This document shows positions 1 through 14,229 of a stretch of DNA of 64,000 nucleotides, piece after piece. Numbering within the stretch: the stretch's first letter is position 1; the number at the start of each line of letters is the position of its first letter. Location of the stretch: the NCBI GenBank assembly GCA_964016885.1, contig OZ024745.1, positions 34,968,001-35,032,000 of the forward strand, written 5' to 3'. Below the pieces are notes generated by a model. The model was not told the origin of the DNA, did no database searches, and worked only from the letters and a program-made list of their open reading frames with translations. The position numbers and the translations under genes were made by a program. This DNA comes from Eledone cirrhosa. Taxonomy: Eukaryota.

Positions 1-181
1 ATTCTATGGATGGATGCCTTTCTTGATATCAATACTATACATTAGTGAAACCACGATTTTCTTCTGAAATAGTAATCTATCATTGAGAGGAAAACATTTC
101 ATTATACCTATGAATGGAAGAGGCCCTGTCGACTTGAATTTCATGCCCATTTCTGTTAAAGTTAGTTTGATGCATATAAAT

Positions 182-636
182 GTCATCATCATCATTTTAC
201 GTCCGCTTTTCCCTGCTTGCAAGAGTGGGACGGGTCCTATTCAGCACAGCATCTCTCCACTTGTCACGGTCCTTCATCGTCTCCTCCGTGAGCTTCAACG
301 ATCTGAGGTCCGCTCTCATCAAATCCCCCCCGTGTCTTTCGTGGTCTTCCTCTACTGCGTTTTCCTTCTACTGGCATTTCTTGGCACTTCTTTACCCAGC
401 GGTCATCCTCCATGTGCAACACATGTCCATACCATCGCAGTCCTCTCTCCCGCACACTACAACTCACCCCTCTTATACACAGTTTCTCTCTCAACTGATC
501 CATGCTTGGTCGTTCACGTACATTGACATTACACATCCAACGGAGTATGCTTGCTTCATTTTTCTCCAGCCGTCGCATATCCTCTGCGGTTGATGCCCAT
601 GTCTCACTACCATGCAGCATCGCACATCTCACACAG
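182..636 (-). mobile_element. 5'-truncated RTE-clade LINE 3' end (RT C-terminus, short 3' UTR, (GAT)n tail)
   Basis: ORF 264..632 reads MLHGSETW...LRWYGHVLHM...RGRPRKT, the typical RTE C-terminus. The minus strand ends GCAAGCAGGGAAAAGCGGACGTAAAATGATGATGATGA. Confidence 0.9.
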
Positions 637-1599
637 TATGTAGTGAAAACCAGTTCATATGACCAAAAATACTTATATTTCGACCGAGTTATCTACCCTT
701 ATGCCAGTATCTTAAAACTGAAAGTACTCAACAAAATAGGCATAACTACAGGATTGACTTGTTTCTTCAAAGATACATTTAGAGAAGTATGCTTCTGATG
801 GTGTAGATTATGATTAAGATCACGAAATTAAAAAAGAATTGAGTCCCGTGCCTGTCACTGCTCAGTGTCCTGGTCAGAGCAAAGTTTAGCTAGCTCAGAG
901 AGATACCGCGATAGTAATAAAGCACCACCCTTGCACATTGTTTGCAGCATTTTCCCAACTAGACTATGGAGCTTTGCAATATATCAGCTTGTGCAGATAA
1001 TTATCCTTGAATCACATTTCTGCCCAAATTGCACCCTTGCTCCATATGTGAGCTCACTATAGAGAATGTCTATTCTCAGCTATCCAGACAACATCTCCAT
1101 TCTAGTGCAACTTTGATTTGGAAAAGACTACTTCCATGCATAATCAAAGACATCTACGTCTAATCACATAATCATAAACATCACTATCACACACAGAACA
1201 AGTCAAATACAATATATAAGGAAACTTACAGAAATCAAAGGTGAAGTCAAATGTGAGAAATTCTCCCAGGAAACATTTTTTTGATTTGATGGCTCTATCA
1301 AGTTTTGCATTTTTTCATGCTAAAAAATTTAGAAAACAAGAATTAAATATAAAAATAGCATTTAAAATTTCAGAATTAGTTACAAAATCTAATTCTAAGC
1401 AATTACATGGTGCAAGAGTTCATTTTAATCATTCAAAAACACAAAACTTAAAAACATATTGGTGACAAAACTTTCATTGTACTGCTTGCAACTTGGTTAG
1501 TGACAGTTGAACTGAAAACAATGCAACAAAAATTTTGACATAAAAAAATATATGATAAATGAAAAGTGAATTTAACAATTTTTTTTTTTTTAAGGGGGG

Positions 1600-1634
<35 letters not shown>

Positions 1635-2651
1635 CTCTTCCATGATGTAATTGGTTTGTTTCAACAGTCTCACATTAAGTTACTTGCCAGACAAGTACAG
1701 CTCCAAAATCTCTACTATTGTTGGAAATATTTGAAACGTTTTAACAGTAAATTGATCCATTCATTGGGTCAGACACTGGTTCTTGTTTCCACAATATCAA
1801 GTTGATAAAAGAAATCTTCCTTTAGATACAGTTACAGTCTATCACAAAGTCTATGCGATTTCTAGTTAGATCAATGATCAGTAATTTCATTTTGTAATGA
1901 CCGACTTTTGATTTATTCTTAGCTTTGCCTATCAACACATAAGTGTATATCATTTTACACTCTCTTTCCATGCTTGCATGGGTTGGGCAAGTCCTTTTCA
2001 GTGAAGCATCTCTCCACATTCCTTTGTCATCTCCTCTGCGAGATGACAGAGTTTGAACAAATATAAAGCATATAACTCTAAGGTCACTGACAATTCACTA
2101 CCTTAGGCATAAAAATGATTAAATATGAATGAAACAACTGAAATTAGCAGATATTAAAAATATCTAGAGAATGACTTGTTCTTTGAAAGGAATACATTGA
2201 ATTTTATGTAAAAACCTATAAAAGGATTGTCCATTGATTTTTAAATATTTGTGGCCATTATTTATAATGAAATAGGTGTGTGTTTCAATTCATTTTGGAA
2301 ATAAAGAATCTGTAAAGATTTAGTAAAATAACTTCCTTATTAAATTGGTATTTGGAACATGAAATTCATATAGAAAATTTTATTTAAATTATATTTAAAA
2401 GTGTTTATTCTAATGAGTTTATATTTATCTAAAAACTTTCTATCCATCATAAATTTATGTAAGAACCTTTTCAAGCACCAACTTAATGAGAAAATTAGTT
2501 ATATTCCTAAATCCCTCCAAATTCTTCTTTATTTTCAGGCAGTGTATAACATGTGTTAAATACAAACACTTTAGAATTCGAGGTTTTGTGCCAGTACCTT
2601 AAGTCACGGGTAGGTTAGTATCAACAGTTAAAACAAGCACTAGGTACTTAC

Positions 2652-3023
2652 CAAAATTGTTTTAAAGTTTGCAAGTTGAGAATTTTCAGGCATTTCAAAA
2701 TTACTTTCCAATCTGTCTAACTGATGAGGAGCATGTATATCTGGCTGTATATTTTCTTTGTTTTGTATAATTTCTGGCTTCATTTTGGAGTTAAGTGAAA
2801 TCATTGAACGTCGTCTAGAATCTATTTTATCAACAACTGTTTGGGAGGCCACCTCAGCTTCCTCGGTACAATCTAAAGAAATCTTCTCCAGTTGTAGGAC
2901 CGATGATTTGGTAATCTTTTTATTGGCTTGAGACAGTAGTTTCTGCAGCATCAGTGCATACCGTTGCTGCATCTGTTGAAGATGCTGTCTTTTATGAGGA
3001 ATGTCCTCAATTTTTGTTTGGAG
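2652..3023 (-). CDS. ZFC3H1: ZFC3H1-like protein, internal coding exon (last one identified in the window)
   Basis: CAG acceptor and GTAAGT donor, 372 nt, phase 0/0, LQTKIEDIPHKRQHLQQMQQRYALMLQKLL...; in frame with the upstream exons. Confidence 0.8.
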
Positions 3024-3112
3024 CTGCAAAGAGATTATCTTGTGCAATAAGTGGCAATTCAAGAATTAACATGTTAATTAAAATCTAATCGAGCAAAAAT
3101 CAGCATCATCAC

Positions 3113-3113
<1 letters not shown>

Positions 3114-3162
<49 letters not shown>
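3114..3162. repeat. (GT)n microsatellite
   Basis: Perfect TG dinucleotide run. Confidence 0.95.
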
Positions 3163-3164
<2 letters not shown>

Positions 3165-4076
3165 AAATGAGAAATGAGACGCGAGAGAAGAGGGGAGAAA
3201 GGGGGAAGAGGAGAGGGAGAGAGAGAGATGGTTTAGTGAGTTAGTGAATTGGCAGGGTAGTTAGTGTAAAATAGAATACTTTTCAATTTTTATCCAAAGA
3301 CAACTTTGCCTTTCATCCTTTTGAGGTCAATAAAGTACCAGTCTAACACTGGGAATTCTTCCTTTATATATCTTCTGTGTCCAGGCCCGGAGAGAGATGC
3401 ACCCACCACTCAGCTTAAAGGCCTAAAACATAACATGTCATGCTAAGGGTCCACATCAACTGAATAATTATCCTCTAAATTAAGAGATAATCTAGTGTTG
3501 TTTAGTCCATGATCAGCCCAATTTGAGCAGATTAATGACCATGGGTGTACCAGTGGTGACCATGACATTCTTTTGTGGGGTTCGGTGGAAGTAGGGTTCA
3601 CCAACAGTGAACAATATTACACAATATAGCTTTTCATCCTTAAGACACCAGGGCAGAGCTTTACAAACTTTTCACAAAAGAAACATTCTTCTCAAAGATA
3701 AAATCTTTCATAATACATTAATTAGGTTTTGTTAGTAAAGAGACAGATATAATGCAAAATATATAAAGAAATTATTCATGGGATACAAAAGCTTGTATAC
3801 TGAGTTGTCAGATTTCGAATTTACTTCACAGCCAAAAATATTCATACAAATTAATCAAATGTGACTTAATTTCATGATACACCTAGAGACCATCAGTGGC
3901 ACAACGAAGCATTGCATCATAGTATGGAAATCTCTGCAGCATGGTATAATTTGAGGGAGATTTGGCTGCTATTTCTACTAGGCCCAGCAACTACAGAGGA
4001 TCCCGTACTGGTGTGAGATTTACTTGTTTAGACAGTGTTGCTGAAAAATGATTATGATTTTAACATATAAACTTAC

Positions 4077-4247
4077 CTGATTGCGAGAAAGAAGGGGTAG
4101 GACTCTCTTATTGCCAGCACTATCAACAGCAATTGTACGGGGTTGGTAGAAAACACCATAAAGACGTTTGCCAATTTGTAGGAGATTCTTTTCTAATTGT
4201 AACACTGTGGACTCATTTTGGGCAAGTTGAATCTTCACAAGTTGTAT
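4077..4247 (-). CDS. ZFC3H1: ZFC3H1-like protein, internal coding exon
   Basis: TTTTACTTCAG acceptor, CAG|GTAAGT donor, 171 nt, phase 0/0, IQLVKIQLAQNESTVLQLEKNLLQIGKRLYG... (coiled-coil like). Confidence 0.85.
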
Positions 4248-5177
4248 CTGAAGTAAAAGTTTGCAAACATAGAATTTACAATCAACAATTATAAACAAAA
4301 TATGGTTGCTTTCAGTTGATTAATATGATTGAAAATGCTTCTATCACATTATTGATGAATATATTTAATAAGAAACATATATTTAATAGTAAACAAAGGT
4401 TACAATAGAGTTGTCATACTTAGGTAATGACAGACAAATAGCACTTTAATTTTATACTTATACAATAAACAAGCAATTTCTATATAATATAAAAATATAT
4501 ACATCTATTAAAACATGTTTTCTAGAGTTAATTATATTATTATTTAGTCTAATTCATGAAACAGTGATGATGATAATGATGAAGATTAGCATATAAAGAA
4601 ATGCCAATGCTATCATTATATTCTACACTTTCTATTAAAAAATACTTTTTATTATATAGTTTAGATTGATCTATTAATAAAGAGAGAATACTGGAAAAAA
4701 ATAATAAGTAAAGTAATTTTTGTCTTGCTTTTGTTTCCTTAGTTCTTTTGTTACCATATTTCTAATGAAATATGTTGCCTATGGACATAAAAGTTCTTAC
4801 ATAAAATTATGATGGAACGTTTTTAAACAGTTTAGTATCATAGTACAGTTTGGTATCAAAAGGGTTAACTCTATTATTTAACCAAAAATAAATAAAAACG
4901 GTGACAAATTAACAGTCATTAGAACATCAGATAGAGTGCTTTGTGGTATTCATTCTAGCTCTCTGTGTTCAAATCCCACCGAGGTGAAATTTGCCTTTCA
5001 TCCTTTCGAAGTCAATAAAAAATGTATCAGTCTAGTACTGGAATCGAATCTTCCTGTATATCTCTTTCTCATTTCCTCTTTGTCCCCCGAAACACTATGT
5101 CACTACGGCAACCCTACATCTGTCAGGAGTTACAGACAATACCATATCAAATAAATAAAAGTGAAAACAAAACTTAC

Positions 5178-5352
5178 CTTGTCTTTAATTTTAATATCTT
5201 GTTTTCGATACATAGCAACCAGATGATCAGAGTTTTTCAGATTCTTCCTAAAAATCTCACACTTCTTTTCGGTTGATTTGATTTTAGTTAGGACTTTTGA
5301 TGCTTGGGTCACCAGAGCTTTCAATTCTCTTTGGTCTTGTAACATTAGTTTT
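5178..5352 (-). CDS. ZFC3H1: ZFC3H1-like protein, internal coding exon
   Basis: TTTCAG acceptor, AAG|GTAAGT donor, 175 nt, phase 2/0, KLMLQDQRELKALVTQASKV... Confidence 0.85.
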
Positions 5353-5485
5353 CTGAAACAAACAGTACATATTCAAGAAGTTACACAAAAAGGATAAATT
5401 GCATTTTCATCAGAAGAAAATGGAGGAAAATGCAGTTTATTAAATTGAAATTTCAAAACAATAAAAAGAAAAATATATTATTTAC

Positions 5486-5622
5486 CTTTGAGCAACATAT
5501 TTCTCTTCAAGTTCCCGAAAGCCCCTATCTGCAGTATACAAATCTACCTCCTGCTTATTCAGGCTTATATTTTTCTTAATGTTACTAACATCTTTTGATT
5601 CCATGCTGCTTTTTTCTTTCGT
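5486..5622 (-). CDS. ZFC3H1: ZFC3H1-like protein, internal coding exon (absent from the ORF track)
   Basis: TTTACAG acceptor, AAG|GTAAAT donor, 137 nt, phase 0/2, hand-translated TKEKSSMESKDVSNIKKNISLNKQEVDLYTADRGFRELEEKYVAQR. Phase matches both neighbours. Confidence 0.8.
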
Positions 5623-6928
5623 CTGTAAATGTAATGTTATGTTATGTTTGAACACCAAATTAATAGTTTACATTAAAAATAAAAAATATTTTGATCAAAT
5701 TGCTTCATTTACTTTGTCAGGACTCATGCACCACAAACTAAACTAAAAGGTACCAGTACACATGGGTGAAAAGTAAAAAAGGTACCAGTACGTTTTCGGC
5801 ACAAAAAAAGTTAAGTCTATCTGACAAATGCAAGAGAAGAATGTCAATGCAAATATATTTTTTTACCAAGTTTATACAAATCACTGACATTTTGTAATAT
5901 TAAACTACATATTTTTAAACCAATATTTCCATTTCAACAGTGAGAACTATAACAATTACAGCACTTCATGAAGAACATATATCCAACTATAATTCTCAGT
6001 AATATAGTTAGTTCTGTGTACTTAATCAACTGGCACATATGTACTTCTAGATTCCCAATTTTCATCAACATGCCCTTTCTACCACATTGTACTGACTTTG
6101 TGAAACTCATCAGTCATTATTAAATATCACTCAATGCATCGTATTAACTATACTACATAATTTCTTTTTATAGTTTAGTCAAGTGGAAGGAGCAGTGCAC
6201 ATGACCTTCACAGACCACCAGAGATTTGACAATGAATCCATATATATTCAAAGCCTGCAGTAAATACATCTGACTATAAGGAGGAAGGTTAGTGCAGGTC
6301 GTAGAGAATGAGAAACAGTAGGGGTGACAAGACGAGACATAAACTTGGAGCACCACAAAGTTGATATTGTATGGAGAGAGGATTGGTGTATACTTTGTAC
6401 ATGATGACTGTGTGATGTGATAGGAAGCTTCCAATCCAAAACACCAAAGTCAAATGCAATGACATTGTTTTACTGAACTTCTCAACATGGGACCACTAGT
6501 GAGTGACATACAAGAGCAGATCCCAAGTAGATTTGACTATGGAAGATGTATTGGTGGTAGAAGATGACAAAGAGAGTTTTAACAACTGTTTCCACCATTT
6601 GAGAGTAACAGGTTGTCCACATAGTGAAGCAACAGTAAAACACCAAAGAGAAACCTCTGTAAAGTTAACCTTTTTCTGGTTCTATGATACAAAACTGTCT
6701 ATTTTAAAGGGTTTATATTTATCTAAAAACCTTCCAACATTCATGTTATGCAAGAACTTTTGTTAAATTATGTTCCAAACACCAGTTTAATAATCAGAAA
6801 GTAGCTAACCTCTAAATTCTTGAATATTTTTTAAATGATTTGAAAATCCTAGGCAGTGTCTTTCATTAGAAATATGGTAATAAAAGGTTAAAACGAAAGA
6901 TTTAAAAAAAAAAAAGGGAAAGACTCAC

Positions 6929-7069
6929 CTCAACTGATTTGCGAGCATCTTTAAGAAATTGGTCGATACCAGAGAGAATGTTCTGTTTTTTACTTTCTGC
7001 TTCTGCTTCATGTTCACTATCAGTAGAATCCTCAGCCAAGTTTATCACTACAGAAGGATGCTTTGGGAT
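6929..7069 (-). CDS. ZFC3H1: ZFC3H1-like protein, internal coding exon (absent from the ORF track)
   Basis: TTTTTCCAG acceptor, GAG|GTGAGT donor, 141 nt, IPKHPSVVINLAEDSTDSE...SGIDQFLKDARKSVE. Resembles the vertebrate ZFC3H1 segments PKHKSVVVTLNDSDDSE and GLESMIKEARRT as I recall them. Confidence 0.9.
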
Positions 7070-7980
7070 CTGGAAAAATATTGCAAATTAAACATTTTAA
7101 AATATTTAACAAACAAAGAGCAAAAATGTGTAAGTATTGATGCCAAGATAAAATGCTCCAAGTACACCCACAGTAATGTGGTTGGTATTAGGAAAGGCAT
7201 CCAGCCATAGAAACCATGCCATATAAGCTATGACCCATCTAGTCTTAGATCAGGACAACCAGTTCAACCCATGCCTGTGTGGGAAGCAGACAAAAAATGA
7301 TGAAAATAACAGACATTTTCAGTTTAAACCATTGGGTAACAATCTGGCTAAAACTGGCCCTGGTTCTATGAAATGAAACCACCCATTATATATGGTTCCT
7401 TTTTAAATTAAAATCTTACAACATAATTTTATATAAGAACCATATAAGTTATCTTAATAATGAAACACTAATTTTAGTAAATCCCTCAAAATTCATCATT
7501 AATTAATTTTAAAAAGTGCTAAGATAGTTCACTCAATAATGAGCAGACAGCATAACTTCAAATAGTATGGAAACAATGAAAGAAATAATTTGATATGGTT
7601 GTATTGTATCACCATTGTCAGTTTTATGCCTATTTTGCTATATTGGTAGGAGTTGGAGAAGAATATTTTGATACAGAATTCTACAGTTGCATGCTCTTCC
7701 TGTTGGCAATTCCAACATTTTGCTTGAGCAGCAGGCTTTGCAGTAGCACTATCCAATACAAAACGAAGAGACAAACACATATCATCATCACTGTTTAATG
7801 TTTATTTTCCATATTTGCATGGGTTGGTCAAGTTGTCATGTTATGCGACAAGTCAGGTCAGATGACCATACATACACTGCAACCCATACCAGCATAGAAG
7901 ATGGAGATAAAATGATAAGGATAATATGAATATATATCATCATCATCTTCGTTTAACGTCCATCTTCCATGGGTTAGACA

Positions 7981-8037
<57 letters not shown>

Positions 8038-8341
8038 ACATGCTTTGTACAGTTTCAAACTACCAAATTGATTCACAATGCATTGGTTGGCTGGAGAATA
8101 CAGAAGACACTTGCCCAAGGTGTTACATGGTGAAAGCCATGTAGCTGTGAATCAAACTTAACTTCACATGCACACCTGCACCTAAGGTAGTATGGAAGAA
8201 ATCATTTGCTCTGATGTTAAACTATATATTTACATTCTGCTGAACATCATGGCAATAGATATATGCAAACACTATAAACCACTCAATATCAACAAAAAAA
8301 CTGAAGATTCAATTACCAATAGAACTTAAAGAATTTTTTAC

Positions 8342-8461
8342 CTTTGGAGCACAATATGGCTGTTGTTGGGGTGGTTGTTTCTTCTCGGTTAAGTTTGCCT
8401 CAATGCTGAGTGGTGATTGACTTCTAGGAGTATGTGGGGAATTTTTTCCTGAAGTACTTGC
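8342..8461 (-). CDS. ZFC3H1: ZFC3H1-like protein, internal coding exon (absent from the ORF track)
   Basis: TTTGTAG acceptor, AAG|GTAAAA donor, 120 nt, phase 0/0, ASTSGKNSPHTPRSQSPLSIEANLTEKKQPPQQQPYCAPK. Confidence 0.75.
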
Positions 8462-9294
8462 CTACAAAGGAAACATGGGTTTTTTTTCAATACATGCGAC
8501 TTCTTTACAGATATTTGATCTCTAGTGGTGGTGCTACAATAAAGGCATCCAGTTCACCCTGTAAGGTGGTTGGTGATAGGAAGGACAGCCAATTATGGAA
8601 ACTATGCCTAGAGGGGGTTGAGAGGACTCTTCAAATGTGTCAAAGGCATGACAACTGACAACCTCTCCAATGTTGACAACACGATAAAACATACCCGGTA
8701 CACAGTCAAGTAGTTGGTGATAGGAAGGGCATCCGGCTATAGAAAATTTGCCAAACAAAGCTTAGTGAGGACTATTCAAGTGTATCAAAGACATGATGAC
8801 GTCTCTAGTCCTAGTATCTTAATGGTATGCAAAAGGTACTCTGTAAAGTGCCTGAATGTATGTGAGATGCAGTGCCAGACCATCTCAGAGAGAGATCAGT
8901 GGCTCTGAATAATACTGATTTGGTCTGTGATGACCTGTCCAAACCTTGCTAGCAGGGAAAATGGATGTTAAATGATGTTGATCTTCATACAGTAGTTTCA
9001 TATCACTTTACTTCACTATAAATACATTCTTTTGTTTATTTGCAGCCATTATGATAGACACACCACATAATTCAAATGTCTGGTCTTACCACACTGTTAT
9101 GTCGCATTGAATTTTGATGAGAAATTAGATTAAGGGTACACGTGTTTGCAGAATACTTAACCACTTACAAGCTAATGTAATGATAGGCTGTTCTGATGAT
9201 CAAACAACTGGAACTCTTTACATCAGAACAAATCAAGATCCAATCATAATCCAAGAAAGTTAACCAGTACTATGTTCACAGAAAACTAACTTAC

Positions 9295-9762
9295 AACTGT
9301 CTGAGGAGAGTTCTGAACATTTTCCTTGCGACGTATGGCCATTGATTGTAGTAACTGTGCCCGCAATAGCTTCTCCTCCTCTTCATCTTCTTCATAGTCC
9401 GGTTCAGGGGGCTTCTCTGCTTGAGGGTAAGGCTCATCAGGTAGGGGTGGAGGAGGGGGAGGAACTGGGGGTAGTAGACCTTGAAATATCAATGGCGATA
9501 CATTTGGACTGAGAAGTGGCTCTAGAGGAAACGGTACTTGTGATGAGGGGTTAAGGTGTGGTACTATGAGAGACAGTTCCTTGGGGTTATTAGATTTCTC
9601 AGACTTGTCTGCAAAAGGTGGAGGAGGTAGAGGTGGTGGAGGTGGCGGCGGTGGAGGAGGAGGAGGGGGAGGTATTAAATTCACCCAGTTTTTAGGGTTG
9701 TTTTCAAAATTCAAATCTTGACTGTTTCTATCAGATATTGGAGGAAGCTCAGACAGAGAACT
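9295..9762 (-). CDS. ZFC3H1: ZFC3H1-like protein, proline-rich exon
   Basis: TAG acceptor after a long pyrimidine tract, GTAAGT donor, 468 nt. Poly-Pro tracts are followed by DEEEEKLLRAQLLQSMA, similar to the recalled ZFC3H1 motif EEEMLLREELLKSLA. Confidence 0.9.
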
Positions 9763-9869
9763 CTATGTGGAGAAAAAAGAAAAAAAGAAAATCAAAAAAA
9801 AAAAAACGACAAAAATTCAAAAAACAAATGGATATATAAATTGAAAATAGATTTACTGTACAAAAGAAC

Positions 9870-10830
9870 AGTGTTATGGACTGGATCCCATTAGGAGGGA
9901 GGATTTGCCACTTGAAGCTTTGGCGGAAAGATAGGTCTCAGTGGGTGGTGCAAGTTTATGTAGCAAACAAAGAGTCTGAATACAGGTCCTTCCTTGATGA
10001 AGTCACTGTTGCATTAGATGTAGTTATCCTGATGGGAGACTTCAATGCACATGTTGGCACTGACCATCTGACATAGAAAGGAATGATTGGAAGGAATGGC
10101 AACCCCTATCTAAATACGAATTGAGAGGCCTTACTAGTCTTCTATCCTAGCAATGGCTCAACACCTTCTTGCAGCACAGGGACATCTATAAATATACATG
10201 GCATAAAGGTAACAAGGGACAGAGATCAATAATTGATTTTGTTATTGTCTCTGATCTCTTTGATTGTCTCACATCTCTGTGCTGGATGTTCATGTTAAGA
10301 GAGGGGTTGTGCTGTTACTGATCACCATATAGTTATCTGCAACTTGAGACTACCTGAAGCCAAAGAAACCCACAAAACTGACAGGTCCAGGATAACCTAC
10401 AGGAAAAGTGGAAGCATTGGTGGATAAGGAAGTCATGACCAGGTATGCAGATACTATTGCATCCAAATTCAGAGAACTCCCTGAACAAACTGAGCATGTT
10501 GAGAGAGTGGAGATTGTTCAGCTCAGCAGTTTCTGCTTCAGATGTTAAACGCTGTGGGAGAGAGAGGGTTGGTGTGGTGCCAGATGGCAGGAGCACCCCT
10601 TGGTTCAAACATGCCATCCGAGCAAAGAAGTGACTTACAAAGCTTGGCTTGAAAATAAGTCTTCCTAGCATATGCGATACAAGCAGGCTCGAAGAATCTC
10701 AGCAGAAACAGTAAAGGAGTCAAAAGTTAAGACATGGGAGGACCTTGGGGTTAAGCTGAAATCCAACTTCAGATCAGCAAATAAAGTGATCTGGCAGACC
10801 ATCCACCAACTATATAATAAGAAAGGTATG
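9870..10830 (+). mobile_element. Decayed RTE-type LINE fragment (AP endonuclease region and linker)
   Basis: VVQVYVAN...ILMGDFNAHVG APE motifs, later RSIIDFV and TPWF in other frames; many stops and frameshifts. Confidence 0.75.
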
Positions 10831-11417
10831 TGGTTAGAAAGTCTTAGGAAAGAATTGCTGGACAGATTTTACAAGCAAAACCAGCCTGCAGGAGACCCTT
10901 GGTAGACCCCAAGTAAGATGGTTGGATAACACCCATGAGCTTGCCTGTTCTAGCTTGGAGATCCAGCCAAATCAGTTGAAGACGGTTGCTTCTGACAGGA
11001 CCTGCTGGAAGGAGTGTTTGAGGACTCTGCCCCCACGACCCTCCCAGGAATAAGTGGGCAACGGAGAAGGAGCAATAACTAAATGGTTGGATGAAAAAAA
11101 AAAAAAGATTAGTAAAGTCAGAGTGTCAGATTAAATGACTCAGTATTTGATCTGATTATATATACTTCGAGTTCAAATCCTGCGATGATCAACATTACTT
11201 TTTATCTTTTCAGAGGTTGATAAATACCAGTTCAGGGCAGTGGATTGGAAGAATTGTTACAGTGTCAGACAAGATGTTTTATGGTATATGAGGCAGATTT
11301 TATCAGCAATGGAAACAATTTCCTTGGTTTAATGCTATGATCAACTCTTTGCTTTTCTTTTCTTTTTGGTAAATAAATACATAATTGGTTTCAGAAATAA
11401 ATTATTGGTTTACTTAC

Positions 11418-11585
11418 CATAAGAGATGGTTCTCTTTGTATATGAATGTCTTCAATTTCATTAACAGCAACAAGACCATCATCAGAATCAATATCCATTG
11501 CTACCTCTTCATAATTGTCTTGGAGTACCTTACTTGTCTTCCCATCACTTCTGCCTTCATTCAGTTGGGATAAGTAGGATGGAGG
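11418..11585 (-). CDS. ZFC3H1: ZFC3H1-like protein, internal coding exon (absent from the ORF track)
   Basis: CTTTCTAG acceptor, ATG|GTAAGT donor, 168 nt. Contains DNYEEVAMDIDSD, matching the recalled conserved ZFC3H1 motif DNYEEVAMDTDS. Confidence 0.9.
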
Positions 11586-12954
11586 CTAGAAAGATTAATG
11601 TTAAAATAAGGGCATAATAATGATGATGGTGTCGATAATGAATTAGCTGCCATGACTGTTTCTTTTCTACTAATCTTGTTTCATTCCAAAAACACTGTTC
11701 TAATTGTTCTCCTTAACTCCTCACCCTCATTCTTCTTTTGTCATTACTCTCTCTTCTATTCACTCTCATGGTTGTTTCTTCTAACAAAAGACACTACAGA
11801 AGTAAAGACTCTTTAGTCATACACAGGCAACTTCAAAATGCACTAAATGATTGGCAAACTATCAGAGACAAGGCTGAGAGAACCATTTAGTACATGAAAA
11901 CCTCTCCAGTGCTAGTGTCATGATAATATGCACCTAATACAATATGTTAAGTGGCTAGTGTTAGAAACAATACGAAAAATGGAACATGCATAACCAAATA
12001 AAAACAAACTGATCATGATAACCAATATAACTAATGCTGACACAGAAAATGAACATAAACAGTATGAATTCATTATTTTATTTGAAGATAGTCTTTAGTT
12101 ACTTAGGTTGCTAATGATATAATGGTGTTGTTAATCCAAATCAGATGAAAGATCAATTATTCCTAATATAATTTATAGTTCATCTCAGTTATCTCTATTG
12201 TTTATGAAAGGCATGATATAAAAAATGTGAGCATATATAGTCAAATAAACATCAGCATCAGCATATTTATGGTACTTGACTGATACTTGAGGGACTTGAA
12301 GTGGAAATAATAAATTATAGAACTAGATACTATGTGTGATAGACAATCTGTTACCCCATTTATCACCACAATCTGGCTCTTGGGTGCCTTTAGCTACCTA
12401 CTTTGTTGCAAGTCTTCAAGTTAGGCCAATTTCAGGACACCTTCCTGAATTTTTCCCATTAGTCTTGAAGGTCCTGAAAACAGTCATGAACACTGCTTTT
12501 TACCTCGCAGAACATAAAAGAAAAAAAAATACTGGAAACTACAAAGCCAATCTCTCACCTGTACCATTATAAATGCTTTATTATAACCCTTTTGATACTA
12601 ACCCACCTGAAATTGCCTCTGGTTCTGTGATATAAAACTAAAACTGCTTGTTTTAAAGTATTCACACCTATATTAGAATCTACCATCATTTTATGTAAGA
12701 ACTTTTTTAAGTAATGTTTCAAACATCAGCTAACAAATGAAAACAGCCAGTTCACTAAATTCTTTCAATTTTTTTTTTATTATACTCCAAATTAATTTCC
12801 ACACTTTGGCAGACTATTTAATTAGATGTAGAGTAACAAAAGTGATAACATTATCAGCACACTATTGCTCACAAAATGTAATAAAATGAGAAGTAGTTAA
12901 ATTCAGCAGCATTTTTTCCTTTTTATTTGTTAATGAAAGCAAAACTAAACATAC

Positions 12955-13196
12955 CTTATTGTTACCTGCCAGTTCCTTTCTCTTTTCACTGAGGTATTTC
13001 GCTAGTCTCTCAATTTGTTCATCAGGGTCATCCACTTCTAGAATCTTATTGATCTCTCTGCGTTGGTTATTTACCAGTTTTGATTTATCTTCACTGGAGC
13101 TCAATCTTCTACGACAAGAACGGTAAGCTGGACGATGCTTTAGGAAACCAAGTTTCCGCTTGATTCCACTTCTATTGCAGGATTGTTCTCTCAACA
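12955..13196 (-). CDS. ZFC3H1: ZFC3H1-like protein, internal coding exon
   Basis: TTTTCAG acceptor, AAG|GTATGT donor, 242 nt, phase 1/0, ...EINKILEVDDPDEQIERLAKYL... Confidence 0.85.
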
Positions 13197-14229
13197 CTGA
13201 AAATAACAATTCTAGTATTTATGTACAATTACAAAATAGTCTCCTTTCTCACAAATCAGAATCTCATAACAAGGGAACTTGGTAAAAATTATACAAGCTA
13301 TAGTTACTCGAGTTATCTCTGAAGGACACAGGAAACCTAAAACTAAAGTTCTCAATTTACCATTGTAGAATGAAATTAAGGGCTACACTAGAATACTGCT
13401 CACATTTCTGAGAAAGAAAGGGGTTGATGTTACATAAATATCTTAGTTCCCATTCAAAAAAGGACTGGTTTTCTGGGGAAGAGGAACTAGGTGTAGCGGT
13501 TTGTGTGGGGCTCCTGGAAGAGTAGATACAATAAGCGTGATTAGAGGAGTGTCTAAGTTCAATGGTACAAGACAAGGTAGTTCTGATGAATACAATCCAC
13601 TAGTAGTAGTAGAAAAGGTATAGAAAGGAGTAAGCATGTGTGTGGGCTAGAGGTTGAGTATGTTTGTGAGTCACTTCATACTAAGTGGCATTTCTTTAGA
13701 TGCTAAAATTATGTGCAGTCCCAGATGTAGGAGCAATGCTCACTATGGTCATCTCTTTAGCTTTTTAGAGGGTCAATAGATAGGGATTCATGTATTTTTT
13801 GGCAGAGTAAGGTCAGTCTCTGTGATAACACAACACATCTAGTGAAATATGCTTACTTCATTTTTTTTTTATTGCCTTTGTGTAATCTTCTAATTTAGTG
13901 CACATGGCTTACAACCATCAATACCACACAAGCTTCATATAATCTACAATTCACTTTTTAACTATTCCTACTCTTGCTAAATAACAGAAGCTACCAACTT
14001 CTTGTTAGCATTCTAGGCATTTGAAAAACTTCACTTCTTGGTTGCTCATACTGATATTATCCTTACAAACAATCTTCTCTTTCAGCCTCCTGGAGATCCC
14101 AATGTACCTTTTGTGTACACAGTATATAGTTCCTTGCTACGCTCAACATTCCCAGTTGATAACAAGAAAGAAACGAGTAATATACTTAGTAAGATTTCTG
14201 TCTTGCTTAATTCATCTCTAGGTTTCTCA

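Noticed and set aside
1680-1825. Possible further ZFC3H1 exon
   Set aside because: All three minus-strand frames reach a stop before the candidate donor.
7529-7798. Possible extra exon between the 6929 and 8342 exons
   Set aside because: No clean acceptor/donor pair with matching phase, and the neighbouring exons already join in frame.
12961-12966. Alternative donor CAG|GTAAC 11 nt inside the ZFC3H1 exon
   Set aside because: It would shift the frame relative to the next exon; only the 12955 donor keeps phase, and there is no evidence of use.
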